DNA of 64,000 nt from Patellaria atrata CBS 101060 (Eukaryota), in contig MU006105.1 of the NCBI GenBank assembly GCA_010093705.1, positions 1 to 64,000 on the forward strand, written 5' to 3'. Of this stretch, positions 12,623 through 23,101 are shown in pieces. Within the stretch, counting starts at the first letter, position 1, and the number at the start of each line of letters is the position of its first letter. The position numbers and the translations under genes are program-made. Below the pieces are notes generated by a model. That model was not told the DNA's origin. It saw only the letters and a list, made by a program, of their open reading frames with translations, and did no database searches.

Positions 12623-13132
12623 TTATTCATGATTTCTTTGAATGTTCCCACTCTCCCCGGTGACCATCATTTTGGTGTCAAGGAATCCTCCTTGGAGCAA
12701 GTAAATAACATCCTCCTTCCCGCTTGAGCCCGGAGAGTGATTTAGGTCATCTTTTCCGGGTATAGAGTATTGACCACGATCAAGATGATATCCAATGGTA
12801 AGTTTACATCTTCCACATCTTTGGAGGTACCTCTTCTCAAACCCTCCTTCGTCCGGAGTTATGATGATAGGGCTTTTGTCGGAAACAGTGTTTAGTAGAA
12901 TTGCGCAATGCCGACCGCGTGAATCGTTGCTGCTCGTCTGTCTAGACACTTCTTCCGGATCTAATCCTGCTCTCAAATTATTCGGTAGCGTGGGGAGAGG
13001 AAGGATGTAGTCTCTACTCGATAATCGGTGAGGCAAGTTTGATAGTGTTGTGGTCGAAGCTAGAAGTAGTTGGGTGCAGAGACAGTGGTAAGTGTGTACA
13101 AGGTTGTCATTGAGATTAACGGTTTCGTCCAT
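12623..13132 (-). CDS. STEEP1/UPF0428 (CXorf56)-like zinc-binding protein
   Basis: VHTYHCLCTQLLL...GFEKRYLQRCGRCKLTIGY...IYLLQGGF pattern; ATG at 13130-13132. Confidence 0.75.
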   Translation of the reverse strand: MDETVNLNDNLVHTYHCLCTQLLLASTTTLSNLPHRLSSRDYILPLPTLPNNLRAGLDPEEVSRQTSSNDSRGRHCAILLNTVSDKSPIIITPDEGGFEKRYLQRCGRCKLTIGYHLDRGQYSIPGKDDLNHSPGSSGKEDVIYLLQGGFLDTKMMVTGESGNIQRNHE

Positions 13133-13284
13133 TATCAAAGCTAAAGCTGTTCAGCACTTTAGTCTCAAGGGTAGGATTAGAAACACGAAATATTGAGTGA
13201 ATTGTCAAAGACAGGTTAGCGAACGAGTATGATGCAGAGGGAGAGATATTTCGGTTTATCTTATCTCTAATCAACCATCATATA

Positions 13285-15146
13285 ACGTGGTCCATAAGCG
13301 AGCGGCGCACACAAGCGAGCGGCGCACTTTTCCACTCCACCATAACCTTTAAACTTGATTACACAGCTACAACCCGAGAAAATTAACTGCATTCAATTGA
13401 ACTCTCTTCTTTAGACATTTCTTCGTCCTCCTGACAAGTTCGTATATTATGTCCAATCTTTCCGCACCTCCCATAACGCCGTGAATGCGATAATCCTTCC
13501 TCCACTGAACCCCCTTCCTCCGACTTCCTACCCGATTGTCGCCCAACAACCTCTTTCTGGGCAATCAATTCTTGTGCATCTTGTACACTAAGTGCTCCTC
13601 CTGCTCGCACACGTGTTTTTTTGGCCCGTCGTCGCTTCGCAAGTGCCTCATTAGCCTTTCGAAGCGTTCGGACCTCGTCGCGTATAAGTGTCATTTCATG
13701 AGCAATAAGCTCCGTACCCTTTGCTAACTGCTTAACAGCCGAGAAAATAGTACTTGGAGAACTTCCTTGGTGTCGGGCTATCCGATCCTTGACATGCTCA
13801 GACTGCGAAACAGCTTCTTTGGGGTTGTTTGATGTCTGAGAGACCCATGGGTCGGCAGCGGGGGGAAGGGGTCCGGTCGGTGTTGGCGTCCGTAGCTTCA
13901 CATCAAGCTTTGAAATGACAGCTTGAGGGTCGTGAGGGACTAGGCCAGCGCCGAAGAAGCCCGCTTGGATATTTCTAATCGTCATAGTGTTGACGTGGGC
14001 GTCTTTGAACGCGATGAAGAACTCGGTTTTGGTGATATGGTTGATATGGGCTTTGATGAAGGCTTCGAGTTCCCGGCCGTACATCCACTTCAGCACGCTG
14101 AAACATCCAACATCTAAAGGTTGGGTGAGGTGCGAAGAATGTGCAGGTAGGCAAACGGTGATGATGTTCTTTTCTTTGCAGAATTCCTCGAACTGAGCCG
14201 ATAGATGGCTTGCATGACCGTCAAGAACAATCATCCGATAGACACCTTTCCGCCGGGCATCTGTATGCTGGTGGAAATGCTGAATCCAGTCCATAGCCGT
14301 CTCTTTATCCGTCCAGCCGTTTGGCGAGGTCTTGATGACCCAGGAAAGCGGGAGACCGCATTCGGTGTACCAGGATGCGAGGTGGTTGACGCCTTGCACA
14401 ATCAAGAAAGGAGGTAGCACAAAACCGTCGCTGCTTACACACTCGATTGCCGTGGCCCATTCGCGATTGCCAGGCTGAAGTTGTTTGCCTCTACCACGCC
14501 TGTCGGCACGCGTGACAACCATGCCGCCGCAGATGACGCCCATCATGAAGCCTGTTTCGTCGAAGTTGTAAAGATCGGCATCTTGGATCGCATATTTCGC
14601 GCGCATGTTGGCTACCAGACGGAACCACGCGTTTATCGCGTCCGGATCTTCGCAAAGGGCTCTCTGGAAGTCGTAGGCACGAGAAAAACGCGTTTTCAGC
14701 TCTGGTCGTCGCTTGACGAAGTTCTCCGCCCAATGCTTCCCCACACGTCCCGCGACGCGCTCCGCGAGGAGCAGATTGGCCATCTCTTCCACATCAGCCA
14801 GCCGGGACGGAAACCCTCGCGCATCTAGGTCCAGAATATATTGGACGACCACCTCTTCTTCGGTTTCTGTCAACTTTTGAGAATTAGGGCGACAGTCGCG
14901 CTTGGGAGTTCGGCCGTTTGTTCTCGCGCGGAGGGTAGTTTCGGAGACGTTGTAGATCGCTGCGGCTTTCCGACGGCTGAGTTTTTTGTTGCGTTGGAGA
15001 GCTTGGATGGCAAGGACAATTTGACTTTCGTTTGACTGCGTAGGCATTGTTGGTTGTGGAGAAATGCGTTGTTATAGAAGAAAAAGTTATGATGCATGGA
15101 AAAGTGCGCCGCTCGCTTGTGTGCGCCGCTCGCTTGTGGACCACGT
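13285..15146 (-). mobile_element. Complete Fot1/Pogo-family (Tc1/mariner) DNA transposon, 1862 bp
   Basis: 50-bp TIRs (ACGTGGTCCA..., one mismatch) contain a tandem AAGCGAGCGGCGCAC repeat. TA target duplication at 13283-13284 and 15147-15148. Confidence 0.97.
13383..15047 (-). CDS. Fot1-like DDE transposase (HTH_psq, HTH CENP-B, DDE_1, C-terminal knuckle), 554 aa
   Basis: Motifs YNFDETGF, LDGHASH and TQPLDVGCF in an uninterrupted ORF. Confidence 0.96.
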   Translation of the reverse strand: MPTQSNESQIVLAIQALQRNKKLSRRKAAAIYNVSETTLRARTNGRTPKRDCRPNSQKLTETEEEVVVQYILDLDARGFPSRLADVEEMANLLLAERVAGRVGKHWAENFVKRRPELKTRFSRAYDFQRALCEDPDAINAWFRLVANMRAKYAIQDADLYNFDETGFMMGVICGGMVVTRADRRGRGKQLQPGNREWATAIECVSSDGFVLPPFLIVQGVNHLASWYTECGLPLSWVIKTSPNGWTDKETAMDWIQHFHQHTDARRKGVYRMIVLDGHASHLSAQFEEFCKEKNIITVCLPAHSSHLTQPLDVGCFSVLKWMYGRELEAFIKAHINHITKTEFFIAFKDAHVNTMTIRNIQAGFFGAGLVPHDPQAVISKLDVKLRTPTPTGPLPPAADPWVSQTSNNPKEAVSQSEHVKDRIARHQGSSPSTIFSAVKQLAKGTELIAHEMTLIRDEVRTLRKANEALAKRRRAKKTRVRAGGALSVQDAQELIAQKEVVGRQSGRKSEEGGSVEEGLSHSRRYGRCGKIGHNIRTCQEDEEMSKEESSIECS

Positions 15147-15216
15147 TATTTAATCAACCTCAATAGAACACTAAGAAGCCATCCAAAACTTATCTAACGC
15201 GAAGAACTCTGTTTCA

Positions 15217-15837
15217 ATGCCCTTACTCATACCAAAGCCGATTCATTTCGGCCCCTTCCTTGTCACATCTCAGGTATTTCAATATTTACTCCCTTTTAAT
15301 TTGCACGGTCCATTAACATAACGCTATTAGGTCTTTCATATCACCCCCCTCTCATTTGCTCTTGTCAACCTTAAGCCTCTCCTCCCTGGGCATATCCTCG
15401 TCTCACCAATCCGCCGAGTTCCGCGTCTCTCTGAGCTTAATCATGCTGAAGTTACAGACTTATTCATGACAGTTCAACGAGTATCTCGGATGGTAGAACG
15501 AATATTCAACGCTTCCGCATTAAATATCGCCATTCAAGACGGAAAGGATGCAGGTCAAAGTATTCCACACGTGCACTGTCATATCATTCCGCGGCATAAA
15601 AGTGATCTAGACCACAAAGGTGGGGGAGATAAGATCTATGAGATGTTAGATGGAGAGGAGGGCAATGTGGGGAAACATTTCTGGGAAAGAGAATCTGGAG
15701 GGTTCCCTAAACCGGATGCTGATGAGGATAGGAAGCCGAGGAGTGAGGAAGAGATGCTACGTGAGGCTGAATGGTTCGCTGAAGAGATGATCAAAGACAC
15801 AGTGTCTAGGCAGAGCTCGAATAATTCTTCATCCTGA
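15217..15837 (+). CDS. HNT2: Fhit-family HIT protein, bis(5'-adenosyl)-triphosphatase; intron 15274-15330
   Basis: IHFGPFLVTSQ|VFH...ALVNLKPLLPGHILVSP...QDGKDAGQSIPHVHCHIIPR...RKPRSEEEM. Confidence 0.93.
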
Positions 15838-17003
15838 GAGTGACGGGACTCGTTCCACCTTCGGTGGTACCGGTTGAGTAGTCACACAACAGCAGTCTCT
15901 CCCGTCGTGGTACCCTTCGAAAGACTTTTTCTGCTTCATTTTGGCCCTCAAAATATGAACATCATCTACCGCAACCGGTTTTAATACGAATGATAGAAAC
16001 GGACCGTTGAAAAACACATTTTGAGATGACATCCAGACGTACAGAGCGCTTCACCGTACAAGAGAGGACGTCTGGGTCATACTGTGGGATTAGTTTTCTC
16101 CTAGTATATATCCCGCAAGCGTACAAAGCAGCTCAATCCGGAGAGTCTAGGGATAGATGATGACTCTACAAGTATCAACCTTACGCTACGGATCTATGGG
16201 AAATTAGCATTTTCGGTGCTACTAGAGCAGCTGGAATCAGATATTCTATGCAATGTGTGCGCTACCGAATAGCAATTTTCGCCGAAGGCCTCAGACGAAT
16301 TTAAGATTGAAAGAGACGCCGAAATCTTACATTTGCAACAGTAACTCAAGAAGTGAACTGGTTCTTGGAGATTGGTTTGAAAACTGGTTGGAGCCTGAAA
16401 CAAAATCCGAATTGAACGAACGAACAGATAGGCGGATACTGGAGCTTTTATGCTATTTGGACGCGTTACATTGTCGATAAGAGCAATGAAGTATCAACGA
16501 TGTGACATTGAGAGGAAGAAATATTTAAGTGGATAGCAGACGAGAAGACTTCTGTGCCACTGCTAATATACGATTAACCATGAAATCAGGAAACTAAAGT
16601 GACGGCCGTATGTTTGAGTATCGGAAAAGCGTCATCACACAGTGGAATGCGAAATCAGCAGAGAAGACTCTAGCTAGCGAAATACAGTACACCACCATCA
16701 GCGCCACAGTCTGCTCCATCACGTAAAAGGACTAAGGGAATATGGTCGGATGGAGGTGAGGAATGCAAAACTACGACGGATTGTTTCTTTTGCATTCCCA
16801 ATCAGCCTTTATTATCTGTATAACCACGTGCTGTGTACTGTTCGAGATCATCCATATGTTTTCATTCTTCTGCAAAAGCTGGTTGCCCTTGTTCATCCTA
16901 GAATCACTCTCCATTAATTATCCGGTCAAGTTCCTAAACTACAATATTACACCACGGATCAACATGAAGGGTTAAAACTGGATGATCTATTCAATCTCTG
17001 AGA

Positions 17004-17780
17004 CTAAAGTAAGACTTGGAAATGGGAATCCATAGGAGCGCCTCCATTCACTGCGTTCATATCCTGAGGGCAACTAGACATCACAACTACGACATCCTTC
17101 TCAGCTCTTAAAACTACAAAATCTCCCTCTTTCGTTAACGGTGCCTCAAACGTAGCCGCTCTATTGGCCCCCTTCCCTTCTCCAATAGGAATATTCATAA
17201 ATAGGTTCAATGGATCAGGAACCCTTCCTCCCATTCCAACTTGTATGGCCTGGACGCCTTCGATGACTTCCGGATGAGTATCAGATTCCAAATTTGTTGT
17301 TAACTCTGCCAATGCATCCCAACAATTGTCCGTACAATTCTCATGATATCCCTCAGCACCAAGATCAGCGTATCTCCAACGATCACAAGCGGCGATAAGG
17401 GTGTCGTGAACGCCTGGACTTGCGTCTTGGGTAATAGTGAGCATAGGATATCGTTTCTGACTGAAGAGAGTGTCTCCTTTTTCTGGTGTGAGTTTGGCAA
17501 GTTTCGAACGGGTGTGAGACATTGACATATACTCCGGTACTGATGCGGCAATATTTGAAGCGACACTATATCGAGAAATAGATGATGAGGTTGGATATAG
17601 GGGCGCATAATTTTTGGTGGATGTGGTATTCAACTCAGGACTCGGAAGAGCAAAACACCACGTATCTACTACTTGATGACCCGAAGTATTGATTATCTTG
17701 ATACTTTGTCCAACTTTGAGAAGAGTCGCTGCGCCACATCGAGCACGAACAGTGTGGATCGTTACTTCATCGAAGGCCAT
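17004..17780 (-). CDS. DUF1989 (urea carboxylase-associated) family protein, intronless
   Basis: Motifs GHQVVDTWCF, HDTLIAACD, HENCTDN, PLNLFMNIP and SSCPQD. Confidence 0.88.
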   Translation of the reverse strand: MAFDEVTIHTVRARCGAATLLKVGQSIKIINTSGHQVVDTWCFALPSPELNTTSTKNYAPLYPTSSSISRYSVASNIAASVPEYMSMSHTRSKLAKLTPEKGDTLFSQKRYPMLTITQDASPGVHDTLIAACDRWRYADLGAEGYHENCTDNCWDALAELTTNLESDTHPEVIEGVQAIQVGMGGRVPDPLNLFMNIPIGEGKGANRAATFEAPLTKEGDFVVLRAEKDVVVVMSSCPQDMNAVNGGAPMDSHFQVLL

Positions 17781-18228
17781 AGCTAAGGTAAATCGTTTTA
17801 TACAGCAAAATATGACGGGTTGAATGAGCAGAAACGATGGAATCTTACACTACGTACTTGAACTAGTTTGGACCTTTTGAAAGTGAACGGTGAAGTCTTA
17901 TATAAGAGCCTGTACCTTCTTGATGTTACGTTGTTATCAGTTCTACCCCGCTGGACCGCCGACGCAACCTTTGATATGCAAAGGTAGAGATTCGGAAGCT
18001 TGTTTACATCTAGCCGGATTAAGAGGAATTGAAAACCTACAGAAATTCATGAGTCTACCGACCTATACTTGTGAACTCCACCTTGACAGTAGAGTAACTC
18101 GATTATCTCAGTATTTTGGCTAGTTCAATCTGATGTACGTGAAAGACCAGATCTATCATAAGTTTCTTACACTCAATTTCTAGATCGGATAGGGTAAAAG
18201 CTATCTTCAGCTCAACAAACATCAAGAC

Positions 18229-19158
18229 ATGGAAGGAAATCCCCAAATTTCAATCCTCATTGACACGGATATTGGATCTGATATCGACGATGCTGTTGCC
18301 TTAGCTTACCTAGCTCGCCAGCCGCAGTGCGACCTCCTCGGCGTCACTGTTGTGAGTGGGGACGTCCAACAACGTGCTGCCCTAGCAGAAATCGTATTAC
18401 GGGCAGCTGGTAGAGAAGACGTTCCTATACACTGTGGACGACGAGCTCCTCTTCTTAATGGACCAGGTCAGCCTAAGGTACCTCAGTATGATAGGGTCAA
18501 GCATTTGAAACACAGTCTCAACAGGCCAGAGAATACAGCTATCGACTTTTTACGAAAGACCATACGCAATCGGTGCCATGAAGTAACGCTAGTGACAATT
18601 GGACAATTTTCCAACATTGCATTGCTGTTTGCTATGGACCCTGAAATTCCTTTTCTGCTGAAAAACACAATCAGTATGGGAGGACGGTATTTTAGCGACG
18701 GTTATGAGTGGAATATGCGGTCCGATTCAACGGCGTCAGCTATGTTGTATCATGAACATCGGCGAAATCATACAACCCTTGGTCTAGATATTACAGTACA
18801 GTGCCAAATGGACTCAAAACAGGTGAAATCAAAATTTGTGGGCGAACCACTTGAGACTGTTTTCATAATGGCTGAAGCTTGGTTTGAGGAGAGAGATGTG
18901 CTCACTTTCCACGATCCCCTTGTTGCTGCGCTCGTTTTCAAACCTGAATTGTGTAAGACCTTGCGAGGCAAAGTTTCCGTGGATGAGACGAACGGTCGAA
19001 CCAGGTTTATCGAAGGAGTAGGCCATGACTATCAAGATCATGTTGGTATCGAGGTAGATGTTCAGGGATTTTTTGATCATTTCTTTGAAATCACTTCTCC
19101 TAGTGAAGTAAAGATGGAAGAGGAAGATGACTATGGTGGCGTGTTTACAAATGAATGA
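18229..19158 (+). CDS. Inosine/uridine-preferring nucleoside hydrolase family protein, intronless
   Basis: DTDIGSDIDDA Asp-rich Ca-binding motif, IGQFSNIA, MGG, EWN and FHDP. Confidence 0.92.
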   Translation: MEGNPQISILIDTDIGSDIDDAVALAYLARQPQCDLLGVTVVSGDVQQRAALAEIVLRAAGREDVPIHCGRRAPLLNGPGQPKVPQYDRVKHLKHSLNRPENTAIDFLRKTIRNRCHEVTLVTIGQFSNIALLFAMDPEIPFLLKNTISMGGRYFSDGYEWNMRSDSTASAMLYHEHRRNHTTLGLDITVQCQMDSKQVKSKFVGEPLETVFIMAEAWFEERDVLTFHDPLVAALVFKPELCKTLRGKVSVDETNGRTRFIEGVGHDYQDHVGIEVDVQGFFDHFFEITSPSEVKMEEEDDYGGVFTNE

Positions 19159-20133
19159 AGTTTGTCTTTTCAGACTGTCTATACAAGAGCCAAACTGCTG
19201 TATTGATAATCTATGCCTATGAAAAGTAGAGGAGATCCTCGTCCTCTCGTAAATCAACTAATATCTGCTTCCTCCGTAAATATTTCACTTCTGTAGTCTT
19301 GTACCAGTAATCAGACCATTTCGATATTTTTATCATTTTGTACGCTTCTCGCACATGATTGGGGCAGGGTCAAATGGAGTACATGGGCCAGTTCAGTTGT
19401 ACGACTTGTACGCTATCCAAAGGTAGCTTGATATTACACGTTGAGTTGGAATTACAAATTCCCCCGGATTCCAAAAATCTGTGGTGACTATTTCCTAGTC
19501 CTCATCTACCTCCCATCTGGGCACCACCAGATCCCCGCCGTACGGATATCTTCCGTAAGAATCGCCTCGAGGAGAGGTCGACCGGGAGGGTTTAAAGGAA
19601 GCTAGTTACGTTAGAAGTTCTTGAGGAAACACAAAATCTCCTATCGATCATCTATTTGTACAGCTTTTATACAATGAGTCGATATTGAAATGGGCGAATT
19701 ATAAGGAGCGATCTTCGTGCGTGAGGGAATAGATAAGATAGCCAGTTGTACGAAGGATCCAACATCACAGCGACGCCATACTGTAGTATAAATCAATAGT
19801 ACAGCGGGGGCCGTCCTAGTCGGAAAGTAGAGATTGTGATTTCAGAAAACCGAATGAGCAGACTTAAGGCCAGCTAAACTCCCTAAATCACGTCCACTAG
19901 TGAATAATCCTCTCAATTCCAATATACAGTAATCAAAGCCTACTGAAGACAGATCGCTAATACTAACACAAGTGATTGAGGCATTCCAATGAGTAGAAAC
20001 GAAACTTCCTTCTGCGACCCATATAATAGTGCTCCCACTTGGAATCAGACGCTCAAGCCTGCCTTTCCCGCCATTAAACCGACATTGCCAACCTGGATTG
20101 CGAAAATCGCCACACAGTGATATGTGATGGTAA

Positions 20134-21587
20134 TTATGCGCCCTCGCGGCTCTTGCGGTAACTAGCCTGTTTGTAGATTATATGATGAGTAACGTGGCTG
20201 GATGATGGGATGGAATAGGGGATGCAAAGTTGAGGACAATAAGTAAGAGAATGGGAAGGCCATTAAATGTAGGTATGATTTCAACATTAAGACTGAAATG
20301 TGTACGGTTATCTCATGGACGTACCTCTTGCTCAACTTGGAGCTGGTCAATGACAGGAGCGAGCTCAGAGAGGATCTCGTAAGCCTTCTTGTGGAACTCG
20401 AGTTGCGCGGCGACAAGCTCAGCCAAGTTGCGGAGGGGCTCGGGAGTGTCAAGGACCTGGTAAATGAGCATATTAATTTGAATTCTACGGAAATCCATAG
20501 CAATTCGGACCACATGTGTCCATATTGCTTTGCGCAGAGGATAGATGATGAGTGTAAAGAGATAACTGACTTACGTTCTTCATAACTCCAACCGCTTCTT
20601 CAGTTTGAGCGACAAACTCATCTTCAGCTTGCTCAATCTCATTCCTAGCCTCCTCACTGAGCGGTTCATCCTCATGACCATCCTTCCTGCCAGCCTGACC
20701 CGGAAGTGCGAATGCGGATCCACTCTTCGCCTTCGCCTTGGTCGCATCAAGATTCAACCTACTATTTTCAACAGCCTTGCGCGCGCGTGTCGCGAACATA
20801 AGGTTTGTGTTCAGGGTTGTACTCCAGCCGGCCAAGAACCTAGACTGAATCTGTGCATCCTGTGCCAAACGTGCCTCACCTACTTTCTCCGATGCGATGG
20901 CGTACTTTTCGAGACCGGTGGCGAGTGAGTCTTCAGCACCGGATGCGTTGTCTTGGGCAAGAACGTGCGAGCTAGAGAGGGCAGCACGAGCGATGGCATG
21001 GTTGAAGGTTTTGGGTTGAGGCTTTGCGGAAGGTGGAGCGGTGAACGCAGCTTGAGCTTCGGCAGGTGAAGTAGACTCGGAGAGAAGTTTGACTTTCTCT
21101 GAGACGGTACGACCAAGGTCATTGAATGACTCGCGAATGTTGGTAGGGTAGTCATATGCTTCGTTTGTATATTGAGAGCTGAGAGCTGTGTTAGGACGAC
21201 GGATAACGAGGGAAGGAGTAACTCGGTACTTACGTCACTTGAAGCATTTTTTGATGAGCTTGCTTCAAGGCATCGACGCGCTTCTCGAGTTCAATGAACT
21301 CCGGGGGAAGTTGGGTCTGATCGGGATTCAGTTAGATTATCCCCAAACACAGCATGTTTCGTGCCCTGAGGTCTTTGGAGTAAACATAGAGGGCTAAAGT
21401 ACCTTATCATCGGCCTGACCAAGCTGTTCCTTGATCAACTGTTGGGTTCTAGCAGCGAATGGGGTGAAGGTTGCACTGAAAAGACATAAAACGTCAGTCA
21501 CCTGTCGTTCCATAGATTGTTTACGATTGAACTCTGGAGGGGGATCACCGACGAGATATTCTTCCCGAAAGCCTGGAACTTGTCCAT
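20134..21587 (-). CDS. GVP36: BAR-domain protein Gvp36 homolog, multi-exon
   Basis: MDKFQAFGKNIS|ATFTPFAARTQQLIKEQLGQADDK|TQLPPEFIELEKRVDALK...NEAYDYPTNIRESF...EQAEDEFVAQTEEAVGVMKN|VLDTPEPLRNL...|ASYRKSREGA*. Confidence 0.9.
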
Positions 21588-22504
21588 CCTGAAATAGAAG
21601 TATGTCTTGCTAGTATTCTATTTTGAGATTTGGAGCGGTAAGTGTACGATAGAAGAATTTTAACCTGAATAGAAAGATGTGGGTGGATGGATGAATGAGC
21701 TTGAGCTTGAGATGTCAGAAGTCGAGTTTGCAGTCACATTTCTCTGCATGTGCGTGCCTTCTTGGTGTAGTTTGGGACCCTGAAAACACACCCAAATCCG
21801 GTCCTAGCGTCATCGGTCGCAACGAAGCAAAACTGAAGGACGGGAGACTGCAATACCAAGTAAAGGAAAGGAAAGGAAAGGAGACGAATATGGCAATTGA
21901 TCACAGCACCTCGTATGAGGTCCAAGAGGATAGCTTAAGATAATTGAGATAGGATAGAATGATATTGCCTAAGCAACTATGTACCAACCAATCCACCAAC
22001 CCCCTTAAAATTTTCAAGACATTCAAAATTCCTGGGGTTATTCCAAACACTCCCACATGTCGAATCGAAAAGTAGGACAATTCTATAAGGTAGAGCGACT
22101 GTAATCGCGTCACCAGACGCGCGCATGTACATACAACCCGTACGCTCAGGTCATGTTTCTCGTGAATCCCATCCAATCCGTGATAGTCTATACCCTTTAC
22201 CCAAATAGGAAAAACCCTCAACCAGCCAGCTCGCTATTTGAAAATCGTCCCGAATCCATGGCAATCGGGTCAAAACGAGGAGGTTTAGGTGTGCCGGCCA
22301 AAAGATACCGTGGAATCGATGCGCCATACCGTAACACCAGCCGGTGAGAGCTCTGTTTTCTTTCTTTCCGACGATGGAAATTGCGCCATCCCTTGGTGCA
22401 AGCACCTCGCTTGATCTATATCAAAAATTTACATGAAAAAAAAAGATGAAATGAGGAAGAAAGGAAGATCGATGCGCTGAAATTGATAGGAAGCGAAGAT
22501 CTCT

Positions 22505-23101
22505 CTAAGAAGGACGAATGTGAGGGTGTCCAATGTGCTTCACACGGCCGACGCGTGCACCGTAGCCACGTTTCTCGGGTGCGGGTTGCTCGGAGCAGAG
22601 GGTCATGACGACGTCGGAAGTTGCATCACATGCCTTGGAGGCCCAGTCGTCGTTCCATTCGGTGTATGCTTCCCTGCAAGTCATGTCACCAGCGTGGCAG
22701 CGGACAACGGGGCAGCCGGAGCCGGCTCGCATGGTCATTCCATAAGATTGGAATGGACAGGCGACGGTGGTACAATCCACGTTGCTGATGTCGTACCAGA
22801 TATTACCAGCGAGAGTGTACTCGAACTGGGTGATGTGGACATCTGGGCCGAGATGGTCTGCTTTTGCGAGCTTCATAGAGACACCACCGGTACTTGGTAC
22901 ACGATATCTCTCCTCATACGTACCACCCGACTTGGTGATACAGGTGGTAGGCTTTGACGACACGCGGTCAGCGTCAATTGACCAGAGATAGACATCGAAG
23001 TCGCATTGATTGATGACAATAGCGCGACCTCCGGAAGGGTTTCCGGCACTTGCGAAAGGAATTGCAGCAAATAGAGCTGCGGCGATGGTGATGACCTGCA
23101 T
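22505..23101 (-). CDS. Secreted Cys-rich BYS1/thaumatin-like protein
   Basis: Signal peptide, then AIVINQCDFDVYLWS, GGVSMKL, QFEYTL..IWYDISNVDC and C.EAY...DD, typical of Bys1-domain proteins. Confidence 0.8.
   Translation of the reverse strand: MQVITIAAALFAAIPFASAGNPSGGRAIVINQCDFDVYLWSIDADRVSSKPTTCITKSGGTYEERYRVPSTGGVSMKLAKADHLGPDVHITQFEYTLAGNIWYDISNVDCTTVACPFQSYGMTMRAGSGCPVVRCHAGDMTCREAYTEWNDDWASKACDATSDVVMTLCSEQPAPEKRGYGARVGRVKHIGHPHIRPS

Noticed and set aside
13536..15144. Overlapping and antisense ORFs inside Fot1
   Set aside because: Shadow frames of the GC-rich transposase gene.
15840..16990. Short ORFs between HNT2 and the DUF1989 gene
   Set aside because: No recognisable homology or consistent exon structure.
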